This document shows positions 10,948-21,281 of a stretch of DNA of 64,000 nt, piece by piece. The notes under the pieces were generated by a model. It did not search any database. It was not told where the DNA came from and was given only the letters and a program-made list of their open reading frames with translations. The stretch is from positions 96,001-160,000 of IMG/VR virus record IMGVR_UViG_3300033068_001847. One strand, given 5' to 3'. Source of the stretch: a virus (lineage: Duplodnaviria > Caudoviricetes). Position 1 is the first letter of the stretch. Every line of letters begins with the position of its first letter. The position numbers were made by a program, and so were the translations under genes.

Positions 10948-11793
10948 TTATTTTTGTTTTATTTGTTCATTCATTTTATGAATTTTTGCGATTAACTCAT
11001 CCTCGTTAAATTTTCTATCAAAAGTAGTCATTTTAAGAAGATCATTATTATTATAACCTTGACCTTCATTCATTAAAAAGAACATGGATTTTTTAATACT
11101 TTTATTAATTTTAGCTAAATTCTCCTGAGAATATCCAAAAAATATTTCATCCATATTGATATTTGTTTTAACTGGTTTATCGTTAATATAACAGGTGGTA
11201 GTTTTTCCAACACCAAAATTTATTGAATCAATATATCGCTTTATTTTACGCCCCTCCAGTATAGGTAAAGTATGAATAAATGTTTTTATTTTATCACGAT
11301 CAGTATCTCCATCTAAAGAATGTATGTGTGAAATATAATAATCTAATTTACTATGATTCTTGTATTTTTTTTCATCAGCTACAGTAAGTAATTTAAACTT
11401 AAGTTCATGTTTTTGAAATCTGAGTGTGTATAAATTACCATCATCAGGGAATTTATCAATATTTTTAATTGAAATATTATGTGTATCAAAGAAAAATTTC
11501 TCTTTCTTATCTTTTGTAGTTTCATCATACTCAATAATATTACCAAAAGCATTTTCACGTAACCATAAAAGAATAAAATTCTTATCATTCACCAGTAGAT
11601 CATCTACATTAATATTATTATGTTTACATACTTTATTTTCCAGTAATTTGTATAAAACATCTCCTTTATTAAATAAGTTGGGTGAGGTCATCATTAATTC
11701 ATCCTCAGTTGTTAGATAAAACACTTCAAGGTATTCTGGTGTACCTTCGTAAAATAATCCCATAGAAGGGATAGGAATAGTATCTGAAAACAT
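10948..11793 (-). CDS. Baseplate hub assembly / tail chaperone (T4 gp26-like), paralog 2
   Basis: IPSMGLFY...YLTTEDE...DLLVNDKNFILLWLR, similar to the adjacent ORF. Confidence 0.6.
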   Translation of the reverse strand: MFSDTIPIPSMGLFYEGTPEYLEVFYLTTEDELMMTSPNLFNKGDVLYKLLENKVCKHNNINVDDLLVNDKNFILLWLRENAFGNIIEYDETTKDKKEKFFFDTHNISIKNIDKFPDDGNLYTLRFQKHELKFKLLTVADEKKYKNHSKLDYYISHIHSLDGDTDRDKIKTFIHTLPILEGRKIKRYIDSINFGVGKTTTCYINDKPVKTNINMDEIFFGYSQENLAKINKSIKKSMFFLMNEGQGYNNNDLLKMTTFDRKFNEDELIAKIHKMNEQIKQK

Positions 11794-11805
11794 ATTTTTT
11801 TAAAT

Positions 11806-11836
11806 AAAAAAACCAACCATAATTTATGATTGGTTT
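11806..11836 (-). terminator. Intrinsic terminator
   Basis: Hairpin aaaccaaccat/atgattggttt; the A-run at 11806-11812 is a U-tract on the minus strand. Confidence 0.55.
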
Positions 11837-11858
11837 ATTAGGAACTTACAATTTATAT

Positions 11859-12632
11859 TTAGTCTAAGTTTTGAGGATAAAAGAAGTCAAAACCCAAAGT
11901 TAAATTATCTTTAAATTCAATACCCTTTTGAGCAGATATAAATGTATATTCTAAATCTACTTTAGGTTCAATTGAATCAATATATTTTGATAGAGCAATT
12001 CTATCTTTTGGTGGCATCACCTTAACTACTTTACTAATATAAAGTTTATCACGTTCACCTTCAATTGACATGATTTGAGTTTCAAGCTTAGTTGTTAAAT
12101 AAGGAGTAATACCTGTAGTATTGTTCTTTCTACTTTCCGCAGTGTTATTAATATAATCACCTAACCCTACGGTAATAAGTTTAAAAGTAATTCTTTTATT
12201 TAATGTTGGAAGAACAAAAGTAAATTCACCATTTTCATCAAATTCAGCACCAATACCTTTTACCTTTAATTTATTTAAATCAACCTCAGTAGCCACTAAT
12301 TCTTTTAAATCTGGATCAAATACTTTAGTTTTATAAATATGACCATATGCACTCTTTCTAAGGAATACTAAAATTTGATTAAAATCACCAATTAAAAGAT
12401 CATTTACATTAATATTTTTATCTTTGATTTTTTTCTCAACAATTTTATTGAAAACAAGACCGTTATCCATTAAGTTATTAGAATATAATATATCCTCATC
12501 TTCGGTCACCAAGTATTCAACATCAATTACATCTGGAATACCTTGATATAATTTTCCTTCACTAGGAAGTTTTACTTTATCAAATGGTACTTTAAAAATG
12601 TCGTCACTGAACTTATCTTTTATTTCACTCAT
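11859..12632 (-). CDS. Baseplate hub assembly / tail chaperone (T4 gp26-like), paralog 1
   Basis: LPSEGKLY...YLVTEDEDIL...DLLIGDFNQILVFLRKSAYG motif; downstream of tail tube. Confidence 0.65.
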   Translation of the reverse strand: MSEIKDKFSDDIFKVPFDKVKLPSEGKLYQGIPDVIDVEYLVTEDEDILYSNNLMDNGLVFNKIVEKKIKDKNINVNDLLIGDFNQILVFLRKSAYGHIYKTKVFDPDLKELVATEVDLNKLKVKGIGAEFDENGEFTFVLPTLNKRITFKLITVGLGDYINNTAESRKNNTTGITPYLTTKLETQIMSIEGERDKLYISKVVKVMPPKDRIALSKYIDSIEPKVDLEYTFISAQKGIEFKDNLTLGFDFFYPQNLD

Positions 12633-12680
12633 ACTTTTAATAATATTTTATTTTATCTTATTTATAAATACCATTAAATG

Positions 12681-12712
12681 AAAAAATCCTGCAATAAGAT
12701 ATTACAGGATTT
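12681..12712 (-). terminator. Intrinsic terminator after tube operon
   Basis: aaatcctgcaat/attacaggattt hairpin plus A-run. Confidence 0.6.
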
Positions 12713-12728
12713 AATTTTATAATTTAGG

Positions 12729-12875
12729 TTATACACCTTGACCAGTGTTAGGTTTCACATATAAATGTGCACCCTTATTACTAGTCATTTTGGTTTTTGC
12801 ATGAATACCTTTTCTACGTTTCTTAGGTTTCTTTTTATATGCAGTTAGGTTTAAAGTTGTTTTTGCTTTTGCCAT
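12729..12875 (-). CDS. Small basic protein (48 aa, MAKAKTT...KKKPKKRRKG...YVKPNTGQGV)
   Basis: ATG at 12875, just after the tube stop. The longer start in the ORF track overlaps the tube gene and is unlikely. Confidence 0.6.
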   Translation of the reverse strand: MAKAKTTLNLTAYKKKPKKRRKGIHAKTKMTSNKGAHLYVKPNTGQGV

Positions 12876-12888
12876 TACCTTAATAAAA

Positions 12889-13377
12889 TTAGAAGCTTTG
12901 TACGCAAATTTGAGGTTGTAAAGTAAACTTAACTTTTTGTACCTCATCATCACCATGATCTAATGAACCAAAATCTGCTGTAGTCACAAAACATTTCTCC
13001 AAGATCCATTCTTCAACTGCAACACCAGTAGGGTCTAATGATTGTAAGATTATATCTCTAGCATAACCTTTGAAATAACCCATTCTTCCAGATAAAGACT
13101 CAACGTGTTGTCTAATCCACTCCATTAACTTCTGACTAGATGATGGTCCAATATACTGGATAATTTCGAAGTCCATTGTTTCCCAATTTACTTGTCCCGG
13201 AATGTAGTATTTCATATTCATAAATGGTAATTCAACAGAATTAATATTTATTTTTGGTTTACTCGCTGTTTGTACCATCCATGATTCTAAACCAATATCC
13301 GATGGGAATATAATTTGGAATCTGTTGTTTCTTAAAATTTCATATTCAAGTGGTGCTTGTCTTAATAAATCTGCCAT
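12889..13377 (-). CDS. Tail tube protein (T4 gp19-like)
   Basis: 162 aa; NRF...KPKI...WETM...QKLMEW...LDPTGVAVEEWIL; directly downstream of sheath. Confidence 0.85.
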   Translation of the reverse strand: MADLLRQAPLEYEILRNNRFQIIFPSDIGLESWMVQTASKPKININSVELPFMNMKYYIPGQVNWETMDFEIIQYIGPSSSQKLMEWIRQHVESLSGRMGYFKGYARDIILQSLDPTGVAVEEWILEKCFVTTADFGSLDHGDDEVQKVKFTLQPQICVQSF

Positions 13378-13452
13378 TTTTAGTATATTTCTTTATTAAT
13401 AAATATCATGGAAAAAAAAATATACTTTACTTTTGATAAAAAAATTAATAAT

Positions 13453-13485
13453 AAAAAAAACCTGACATATTTCTATATCAGGTTT
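13453..13485 (-). terminator. Intrinsic terminator after sheath
   Basis: aaacctgacata/tatatcaggttt hairpin with A8 run. Confidence 0.65.
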
Positions 13486-13508
13486 ATAATTTGTTTTAAA
13501 ATTTAAAC

Positions 13509-16154
13509 TTAGTTACCGATTGAGAATGAAGCACCTTGATCAGTTATTCCATACTCTATTGAAATATATTCAACAGCATTTGTAGGTTTAATTCTAATTG
13601 TTGCATTCAATTGTAATTGATCTCTGTCTGCATCTGTATTATTACTTTCATCACAGATTAATTCGAATGCACTAATACCTCTTTGTTTTTTTACATCACT
13701 TAGGATTGGAGTTATTAATCTCTTGAATTGATCCTGAAGTTCAACATCATTCGGTTCGAATAATAGTCTGATTGCAACAACAGAAACTAATTTATTTAAT
13801 TGAAGTAATAAACGTCTAACGTTAATACGATTTAATGCTGTATCTGCAACCTGTAACGTTTTATTACCCATAATTAACAAAGGTGATTGTGAGAATGTAC
13901 GGATAGGGTTTATTCTACCATCGTATAAAATATCACTTGCATCTTGATTAACTTTGTATTTAGTTCTCTTAGATTTTAATTGACCTCTGTTGTAACCAGC
14001 AGTTGCAAACCAAGGAGCTTTTGTTTTATCAGTTTCTGCAAAATCTCTAACTACTTCGAATGTTGGTGAAAGATAAATATTTACACCATTTTGAACATCG
14101 TTATGAGAAACCCAAGGTCCAAAAGTTGTAGTGTAGTTACTATCAATATCAGCAACATCTAAAAGATCAATTGAATCTTCAGCAGCACTAACAGCATCAA
14201 TCTGTTCACCACTATCTGTTTGATCTGGAGAAGTAACGATGTATAAAGCATCTTTTCTTTCTTCCTCTATCATGTCGATAGTTTCTTTTACTAAACCATT
14301 TTGTCTATCGTAATCAATACCCGGAGTAGCAAGTAAGTTAATTGCAACATCACTTGGGTTTGAGAAAGTTCTGATACCTTTTAAGTAAGCATAGTAATCA
14401 GATGGTAAAGATAAAGTGAATCCACTGAAGTTAGGTTGTGTAGATCTGAAGTCATCAGTATTAGTTCTGCTTGTTCTGTAAATATCCCAACCATCGAAAC
14501 CTCCTGCTGGACATAAAGTGAATTTTCTACTAGAAATTAATTCGTAATCACCACCAGTAACATCAGCTTCAGATAAGAATGATTCAGCACCAACTTCAAA
14601 TTTAGAAGCATCAGCATTAGTATCCATGTGGAAACCCTTAGTTGAACCACTGTAGATATTTTCTCCAATATAGTTAAACATATTTTGGTCAATACCAACA
14701 ATGTTACTAATACCTAAGTAAGCTTTCTTAATTTTTTCTGAAGTTAAATCGTACTCAGTTTTGTATAACATTTGTGGAATACCAGAACTAGCATAATTTT
14801 TAACTTTGTAACCTTCGAAACCAGCAGGTACTGCATCAATAGAAGCATTTGGATCTAATTCGATCATGATATACTCAGATCTGATTTCATAAAGTTCATC
14901 AGAAGTACCAACACGCTTTCCAACGAATGAAGTTAAAGCAGGATTCATTGAACATCTTCTGAATGCTTCTAAGATAGAAACATTAGCATCAGTATCATTG
15001 AAATCACGTACTATAATATCAAATTCTCTTGTAGCGAAGTTAATATTTTCAATACTAATTTTAATTTCTTTGTTCGCACTGTTACCATCAGAGATAGTAA
15101 TAATTTTGAACATTCTCTCAACTACATTACCTCTTAATTCAGAAACGATAAATGGAGTTTCAGGAGTAGCAAACTGGTGCTTATAGTCCGTTAATGAATT
15201 CTCAGCAACTAAAGTAGCTTTTAATCCGAATACTTTATCATCAGTAACTAATTGTTTTAGTTTTTTAGCGTAAATATCTTCTACGAAGATATCACCTTTG
15301 TTATCAGATGCGGTTACACCTAATACTTTACTAATAAAGTTTTGTTTACTTTCATCTAATGAAACAACATAAGTGTTATTATCAGTAGTTAAAGTAAATG
15401 CACCTAAAGCATCTTGAACAGCACCGCCATCAGATGATAATGTATCAGTTTTAAATTCTAATGCACCATCTACATATGCAGCCCTTGATCTGATTAAACC
15501 AACAGTTACGTTACTGTAACCAGTTAAAGAAGCACCAGTGATAGTTGTTAAAGTATAGTTTGCAGTTCCTTGAGTTGTACCAGAGAAAGTAACAACATTT
15601 AAACTTACTGCTTGAGCAGTAAAGCTTGAACCACCATAAGTTAAAGTACTTCCACTTGATACAGTAAAAGTTGATCCACTACTTAAAGCAGTAATTGGTA
15701 AGTTATCAAACTTAGCAGCTAAACCATTAATAGTAGAGTCACTAAATGAATTAGTAGATCCAGTAAAGGTGGTAGTTCCAGTTGTAACAACACTTCCGAT
15801 AGTTGCAGGGTCGATATCTCCAATAGTAGTAATAGTCCAAGCCTTACCAGCGTTATATCCTGATAAACCTAAGATTCTGGTTACATATAATTGATCCGAT
15901 TGAGTTAGATATTCATTTGCAATGTAAGGTAATTCATATTTAGGGACACCATTCGAAAATTTTTCAGGAGATTGTGCTCCAAATTTAGTTAAGAATTTAT
16001 TAGGATTTTTAACTAATATAGGTTCAAATGCCGGACCTTTTAACGTTTCACCAGCTACACCAAGTGTTGTAACACCTATAGATGTAGTTGCGTAAGATAA
16101 ATCAGTTTCTTTGGTGTATACACCGGGACTTACATAAATTTTATTATTTGCCAT
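13509..16154 (-). CDS. Contractile tail sheath protein (T4 gp18-like)
   Basis: SPGVYTKETDLS N-terminus; PWFATAGYNRG, INPI, RINVRRLL, LFEPND C-terminal motifs. Confidence 0.95.
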   Translation of the reverse strand: MANNKIYVSPGVYTKETDLSYATTSIGVTTLGVAGETLKGPAFEPILVKNPNKFLTKFGAQSPEKFSNGVPKYELPYIANEYLTQSDQLYVTRILGLSGYNAGKAWTITTIGDIDPATIGSVVTTGTTTFTGSTNSFSDSTINGLAAKFDNLPITALSSGSTFTVSSGSTLTYGGSSFTAQAVSLNVVTFSGTTQGTANYTLTTITGASLTGYSNVTVGLIRSRAAYVDGALEFKTDTLSSDGGAVQDALGAFTLTTDNNTYVVSLDESKQNFISKVLGVTASDNKGDIFVEDIYAKKLKQLVTDDKVFGLKATLVAENSLTDYKHQFATPETPFIVSELRGNVVERMFKIITISDGNSANKEIKISIENINFATREFDIIVRDFNDTDANVSILEAFRRCSMNPALTSFVGKRVGTSDELYEIRSEYIMIELDPNASIDAVPAGFEGYKVKNYASSGIPQMLYKTEYDLTSEKIKKAYLGISNIVGIDQNMFNYIGENIYSGSTKGFHMDTNADASKFEVGAESFLSEADVTGGDYELISSRKFTLCPAGGFDGWDIYRTSRTNTDDFRSTQPNFSGFTLSLPSDYYAYLKGIRTFSNPSDVAINLLATPGIDYDRQNGLVKETIDMIEEERKDALYIVTSPDQTDSGEQIDAVSAAEDSIDLLDVADIDSNYTTTFGPWVSHNDVQNGVNIYLSPTFEVVRDFAETDKTKAPWFATAGYNRGQLKSKRTKYKVNQDASDILYDGRINPIRTFSQSPLLIMGNKTLQVADTALNRINVRRLLLQLNKLVSVVAIRLLFEPNDVELQDQFKRLITPILSDVKKQRGISAFELICDESNNTDADRDQLQLNATIRIKPTNAVEYISIEYGITDQGASFSIGN

Positions 16155-16218
16155 GTTTGTACATTATTTTTATATAAATAGTTTTCTAATTACCTAAATA
16201 GTCCTTTAAAAGAAAAAA

Positions 16219-16250
16219 CTTGTAATTTATTTTTTATTAATTTATATTTG
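16219..16250 (+). promoter_or_regulatory. Bacteroidota sigma70-type promoter (-33/-7)
   Basis: CTTG 16219-22, 20-nt spacer, TATATTTG 16243-50; ATG follows at 16255. Confidence 0.7.
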
Positions 16251-16254
16251 TAGA

Positions 16255-16716
16255 ATGAAACAATTGATGGCTGTTACCGCTTGGGAATTTACTGGTGATG
16301 AAATAGGTAAATTAAGAAAGTTAAATAATGGATTTACCAAATGGTATGAACATCTACCAAAATATACATTAAATACAATCACTGGTGAAATTGTAGAAGT
16401 TTATTATTACTTACAATTTATTGAATTTGGTGAAGAAAAATATCTATTATTTGATATACCATTTATTAGTAATTTACTTTCAGAAGAATTAGGTGGTGGG
16501 GTAGATTTTATAGAAAAAATTGATTTCAGACCAATATTTTCAAAATTTAATAAACATAATTTCGAAGAATATCATAGAATGATTCCCAATATGGAATATC
16601 TAGTATTTGATTTAATATACTCGCAAAGTGGGTGGGAAGTAACTGAATATAATCTTGAAATGAATTTAGTTGGATACTTAGATTCGGAAATGACTTTAAT
16701 TAAAATGGTAGATTAA
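16255..16716 (+). CDS. Hypothetical protein
   Basis: 153-aa ORF with its own host-type promoter, inserted antisense in the structural block. Confidence 0.65.
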   Translation: MKQLMAVTAWEFTGDEIGKLRKLNNGFTKWYEHLPKYTLNTITGEIVEVYYYLQFIEFGEEKYLLFDIPFISNLLSEELGGGVDFIEKIDFRPIFSKFNKHNFEEYHRMIPNMEYLVFDLIYSQSGWEVTEYNLEMNLVGYLDSEMTLIKMVD

Positions 16717-17450
16717 TCATTCCTAGAATCAATTTTATTTCTTCGTAAACCTTTAATAACCTCAAAGTTATTACTGTCTTGAATAAATCCTTGTAGAATC
16801 ACAGTAAATGCTTGGCAATAAAATTTCTGACCATCAAAATCATTCATTGTACTTTCATCAGCAACATTATCTAGTTTTAATGGCATGTAATATCCATGAA
16901 CATTTATATAATCTTGACCACTAGCAAATTTATATTGAATCTTTTCATTAATCATATTCAGATCTAACATAAAGTGTGTAAATAATCTAATTTCAAAAGT
17001 AATATCAATAGGAATAGGTTGAGGTGTTTTATAAATATCAACACCAAATACACCATTTTCAAATGTAGGTACTTTAGAGTAAATGAAAGTCTTATTCTGA
17101 GCAATACGATATTTAATATTTTCATTAGTCCCCTGTTTCGGTGGTTCATTTCTTCTTACAGTAATAAAGGGCATAATAATATTACCATCTTGATCACTTT
17201 GTTGCCATGTTAAAGATAAATCAGCCCACTTCTCTTTCGTTAAGAAAAATACTGGAACATCTTTACCTTCCACAGTAATTTTAAATTGTTCAACTACATG
17301 ATTGAATAATTCAGTATCAAGATCTTCAAGACCTATATGTTTTGGTAAATAAACTGATTTGTCACTAATTAAATTAATAAGTTCTTCCTGTCTATCAACA
17401 CCATATGCTTCTTCAAATGTAGTTTGTGTTTTCTTTTTAGGTACAGCCAT
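16713..17450 (-). CDS. Tail terminator / sheath stabiliser (T4 gp15-like)
   Basis: Lies between neck and sheath; PFITVRR...PIPIDITFEI motif. Confidence 0.6.
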   Translation of the reverse strand: MAVPKKKTQTTFEEAYGVDRQEELINLISDKSVYLPKHIGLEDLDTELFNHVVEQFKITVEGKDVPVFFLTKEKWADLSLTWQQSDQDGNIIMPFITVRRNEPPKQGTNENIKYRIAQNKTFIYSKVPTFENGVFGVDIYKTPQPIPIDITFEIRLFTHFMLDLNMINEKIQYKFASGQDYINVHGYYMPLKLDNVADESTMNDFDGQKFYCQAFTVILQGFIQDSNNFEVIKGLRRNKIDSRND

Positions 17451-17891
17451 TTATTTATTTACAAATTTTGCTATTTCATCTAAGTTATTAAATACATTAG
17501 CTTTATTCTCTTTTACTAATTTTTTAACAGCTTCTAATGATTTCAATTGTGTTTTCGAAAATTCTTTTGAATCATCCTTTTCTAAAACACAAAATAATGT
17601 TTTATCAGGACGTTTGTTAGAGTCATCAACTATTTCAGCGATACTATAAACACCATCCATTTTTGGTGTGATAACATATAATACGTAGTCACATGTTTTT
17701 CTTTTTTCTAATTCCTTCTTTGCATCATCTTCAGTCCAATCTTCAACTACTGGATTAAAGTAATTTATCTTTAATTTAGGTATTAGATCTTCTCTCCATA
17801 AACTGTTATTACACGTTCCACCTAAAAACACTTCTTTACTTGAGCTTTCAGTAATTAATTTATATTGTTGCTCTGTTAATATTACCTTCAT
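17451..17891 (-). CDS. Nucleoside 2-deoxyribosyltransferase-like protein with N-terminal 'ILTEQQY' peptide
   Basis: VFLGGTC...WRE...YFNPVVEDW...YSIAE fits the NDT-like Rossmannoid family. Confidence 0.7.
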   Translation of the reverse strand: MKVILTEQQYKLITESSSKEVFLGGTCNNSLWREDLIPKLKINYFNPVVEDWTEDDAKKELEKRKTCDYVLYVITPKMDGVYSIAEIVDDSNKRPDKTLFCVLEKDDSKEFSKTQLKSLEAVKKLVKENKANVFNNLDEIAKFVNK

Positions 17892-18349
17892 TAAAATTTA
17901 ATTATTTTGGTATCCAAGTTTATTTCGAAACTTCCGTACTTAGAAGGAAAAATTAGTTCATTATTATCAACTTCTAAACCATAAGAAGGTAATTGTATTT
18001 TATAATCCCTTCTACTATCTATTTTTACAATGAAAGGATCACTACGTTTTGCAGTATCCCAATTGTAAGCAGTTAATTTCAATTCACCAGCAACTGCAAT
18101 TATTTTAGGAACTACTTTGAATCCATTTTCTGAAAAAATAAAAGTGCAAGTCCAATCAATATTAATTACAGATTCATCCCAATTATCATATGGTTCGAAT
18201 TCAGGTTTAGAACTATCCCAATTTATGTCAGTTCCTTTTAGAGTAGAGAAGAAATGTTTATTCTCACTACCAGTAGATTGATATTGCATTACTTCATCGT
18301 TTTCACTTATAAGTTTATATTGTTCTTCAGTTACTAAAATTTTTTTCAT
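17891..18349 (-). CDS. Hypothetical late protein with N-terminal 'ILVTEEQY' peptide
   Basis: 152-aa ORF abutting the NDT-like gene. Confidence 0.65.
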   Translation of the reverse strand: MKKILVTEEQYKLISENDEVMQYQSTGSENKHFFSTLKGTDINWDSSKPEFEPYDNWDESVINIDWTCTFIFSENGFKVVPKIIAVAGELKLTAYNWDTAKRSDPFIVKIDSRRDYKIQLPSYGLEVDNNELIFPSKYGSFEINLDTKIIKF

Positions 18350-18360
18350 TCTTTTAAATA

Positions 18361-18879
18361 TTAACCAGCAAAAACATCAGAGTCTACAGGGAAACAAACA
18401 ATTCTCCTGTAATAAGATGCAAGACCACCAATCGTTTTACTATTTGATACGTTCATAGTATCTGGATCATTTACTTCATAATAAGCTAAGTTTCCGTTGC
18501 TATTTTTAAATCCGATGAAATCACCACGTTTAATATCAACACCTTTTTCCTTTAACTCATCTTCATAAATAGTAAATGTTAATTTACCTGCCCAATGTTT
18601 AGGAATATTACTATCACCTAAGTAATCATTTTCATTCTCATCCACACCCATTTTAACTTGTAATTCTATCGGTGTGTATGTTACTTTTTCAGAAGCCCTA
18701 GTTTCTCCGTATATATTATTTGTTTTAGTTTTAATACGATCTACCCGAAATAATAAAACAGTAGCTGGAATATCATTATCTAAATATTCTCGTCCTATTT
18801 TAATGTCAAAGGACATATCAGTTTTAGTAAAAAACTTACCTTCTACAATACCCGTATTTATTACTTTTCTTCTACCCAT
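18361..18879 (-). CDS. Neck / head closure protein (gp14-like)
   Basis: NIYGE motif; directly downstream of the gp13-like gene. Confidence 0.6.
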   Translation of the reverse strand: MGRRKVINTGIVEGKFFTKTDMSFDIKIGREYLDNDIPATVLLFRVDRIKTKTNNIYGETRASEKVTYTPIELQVKMGVDENENDYLGDSNIPKHWAGKLTFTIYEDELKEKGVDIKRGDFIGFKNSNGNLAYYEVNDPDTMNVSNSKTIGGLASYYRRIVCFPVDSDVFAG

Positions 18880-18881
18880 GT

Positions 18882-20003
18882 TTAGTGTATGTAAATTCCA
18901 AGTGGTGAATAACCTAATATTTTATTTAATTGTTCAGCTTCATTTGCACGTTTGGTTAATTGTGTTTCATAGCTTAGTCCATCTAATCTTTCTTTTAGTT
19001 CAGCTTTTAACGCTTCAACTTCTGATCTACCATCTTCCAGAAGGAAAGAATAATCCATTTGGATAGAAGCATCAGTTATATCAATATTACCACTATATTT
19101 ACCACGAATTAATCCTAATAATTTTTTAGCTTCAGCTAGTAAATAACGTCTGATCCATGTTTTAGAACTTGCATTTAATTTACCCCATTTAAGATTCTCA
19201 ATTGGAACATCTGAAGGTCTGGTAATAACAGCTAAATCCGCATTATCACTTAAACATTTACTCTTGTTTTTAGAATTTGTTTCATAATAAAAATACCAAA
19301 CTTGCATTCCATCTGCATTACTAGAAAAATAACTTCCTAGACCTCTTGGTTGATATTTACCTCCCGGTACTGGATATAAGTGTAATATTTTACTTCCATC
19401 TGCTTTTCCAGTAATTCTATAAGATAATTCACTCTTCATGATTTTATTCTTCATAGATCTATCAGAAGCTGCAAGTAAAGATGAATAAGCTGGAGCAACA
19501 TAACCAAACATAGTACCACCGTAACCCCACCCCCATTCATTTGCAGACCAACCTACAGGGTTTAAAGTATCATAAGCCATAAAAGATGGAGTCGCCCAAA
19601 TAACTTCATTAACTTCTCTACCTTTAGGTATTGGATAAAATTGTGTATTAGCACTTAGTATTATACAGTCTTTCTTTAATTCCCAACTTTCACCTGCTGG
19701 AGCATTAGTACCTAAACCTACCTGTCTTGAATATGCATAAGAAAATGATTTAGCAAAACTTAAATCCTTAGTAGAGAAAGCAACATTAAAATCAGAATCT
19801 TCAATACTTAATCCAGATAATGTAGACCATTGCTGATCAACTAACCAATCATTAATATATTGGGAATAATCTTCTAATGCATTACAGAATAAAGTATCTA
19901 ATTGTTCATCTGTAAGTTCTACATTACGAACACCCATACCTAATTGATGATATATGTTTTTAAATAATTTTTCTCTCTCTGGTGCGGTTATTAATGTTGC
20001 CAT
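18882..20003 (-). CDS. Neck / head-tail adaptor protein (T4 gp13-like)
   Basis: LG...VELTDEQLD N-terminus; WIRRYLLAEAKKLLGLIRGKY C-terminal motif. Confidence 0.8.
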   Translation of the reverse strand: MATLITAPEREKLFKNIYHQLGMGVRNVELTDEQLDTLFCNALEDYSQYINDWLVDQQWSTLSGLSIEDSDFNVAFSTKDLSFAKSFSYAYSRQVGLGTNAPAGESWELKKDCIILSANTQFYPIPKGREVNEVIWATPSFMAYDTLNPVGWSANEWGWGYGGTMFGYVAPAYSSLLAASDRSMKNKIMKSELSYRITGKADGSKILHLYPVPGGKYQPRGLGSYFSSNADGMQVWYFYYETNSKNKSKCLSDNADLAVITRPSDVPIENLKWGKLNASSKTWIRRYLLAEAKKLLGLIRGKYSGNIDITDASIQMDYSFLLEDGRSEVEALKAELKERLDGLSYETQLTKRANEAEQLNKILGYSPLGIYIH

Positions 20004-20108
20004 TTATGTACTTTATCATAAATAGTTTTATACTTGATATTTATTTAACTATTGAATATATTTTGTAATGAGTGAGGTACATCCCACCAACATTAAAATA
20101 TAAATAAA

Positions 20109-20759
20109 ATGAAAAGTAGAATTAACTTAGATGTTGACTATGCAGGTCAACCATGTATTAAAATTAATCTTCAATCAAGTGAAGATATAAGAGATAAAAC
20201 CTTAACAAGGTTACTCAATCAAGTTGAATATCCTAATAATAACGGTTACAAAATAAAATTCCCGAAAAATATCTTTGTTATCGAAGAGGATTTTGATAAT
20301 AGTAGCTGTTCAAGTGGTTATGGTGAACCGGGAATAACTAAAACTCTAGTACCTATAGATCGAATAGTAGCTCAAAAATTAGGGATGATAGATCCACGCA
20401 CTTCACATTGTGATAATACTCCAGTTCGTTCTTCAATAATTGATGATATAAATAGAGTAAGAGACTTATATAGATTACTAAATTTAGAAACGTCAGATAT
20501 TGATAGAATTGAGAATATTTTGGAAACTGTACCACATTTTAAAAATAAATTAAATAAATACACATTAATCGAATATCCACAGTTTAATACTAAAGTTTTA
20601 TCTTATATTAATGAAAATGATTTCAGTGAACATATATTGATAGATAATGGAAAAATTATGAGTAAATATGATTTTGAAGAGAATTATTTAGGTAAGGTAA
20701 ATCTATCAGATACCCAAGGTTTTAATAACTCACAACAAATATCTGAAAGAATAGAATAA
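20109..20759 (+). CDS. Hypothetical protein
   Basis: 216-aa ORF with A-rich upstream region. Confidence 0.6.
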   Translation: MKSRINLDVDYAGQPCIKINLQSSEDIRDKTLTRLLNQVEYPNNNGYKIKFPKNIFVIEEDFDNSSCSSGYGEPGITKTLVPIDRIVAQKLGMIDPRTSHCDNTPVRSSIIDDINRVRDLYRLLNLETSDIDRIENILETVPHFKNKLNKYTLIEYPQFNTKVLSYINENDFSEHILIDNGKIMSKYDFEENYLGKVNLSDTQGFNNSQQISERIE

Positions 20760-20762
20760 AAA

Positions 20763-20793
20763 TTTGTAAATTAGAATATTTATACTATATTTG
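20763..20793 (+). promoter_or_regulatory. Bacteroidota sigma70-type promoter for tRNA-Glu/tRNA-Leu unit
   Basis: TTTG 20763-66, 19-nt spacer, TATATTTG 20786-93. Confidence 0.8.
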
Positions 20794-20866
20794 CATCAGT
20801 CTAAACATAATTGAAGTTACTCACTTGAATATTGAAACAATACTTTAATTGATTATTAGACATTTT

Positions 20867-20938
20867 GGACCGTTCGTCTAGGGGTTAGGACACGACATTT
20901 TCGATGTTGGAACAGGGGTTCGATTCCCCTACGGTCTA
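20867..20938 (+). tRNA. trnE: tRNA-Glu (TTC)
   Basis: Acceptor GGACCGT/ACGGTCT; anticodon arm CGACA-TTTTCGA-TGTTG; T arm AGGGG-TTCGATT-CCCCT; no encoded CCA. Confidence 0.93.
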
Positions 20939-20953
20939 CATATTATTGAATGT

Positions 20954-21184
20954 ATGAAATTACGATCAGCACAACAATTACATATCGAATGTTCAGTTGA
21001 AGAACTACAACAATTTATGATTGAAGAATTTAAAAAGAAAGGTTTTCTTGTTGGTGCAGATGATGTTAAAGTTATTAATTCAAATTTCATAGAGAAAGAT
21101 ACTACAGAATATGGTGATCACTTCCCATCTTCAAAAGTGGTTGGGTTAGAAATAACTATTGAATATGATGTAAAAGAACAATAA
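20954..21184 (+). CDS. Hypothetical protein between tRNAs
   Basis: 76-aa ORF. Confidence 0.55.
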   Translation: MKLRSAQQLHIECSVEELQQFMIEEFKKKGFLVGADDVKVINSNFIEKDTTEYGDHFPSSKVVGLEITIEYDVKEQ

Positions 21185-21281
21185 TTAATTTTTAAAAAGG
21201 GGAATGTTATACTCCGAATACGGAAAGCAAGAAAAGATAACACTCACTTGCGCTATTAGTTATTCTAAATATTAATTATTT

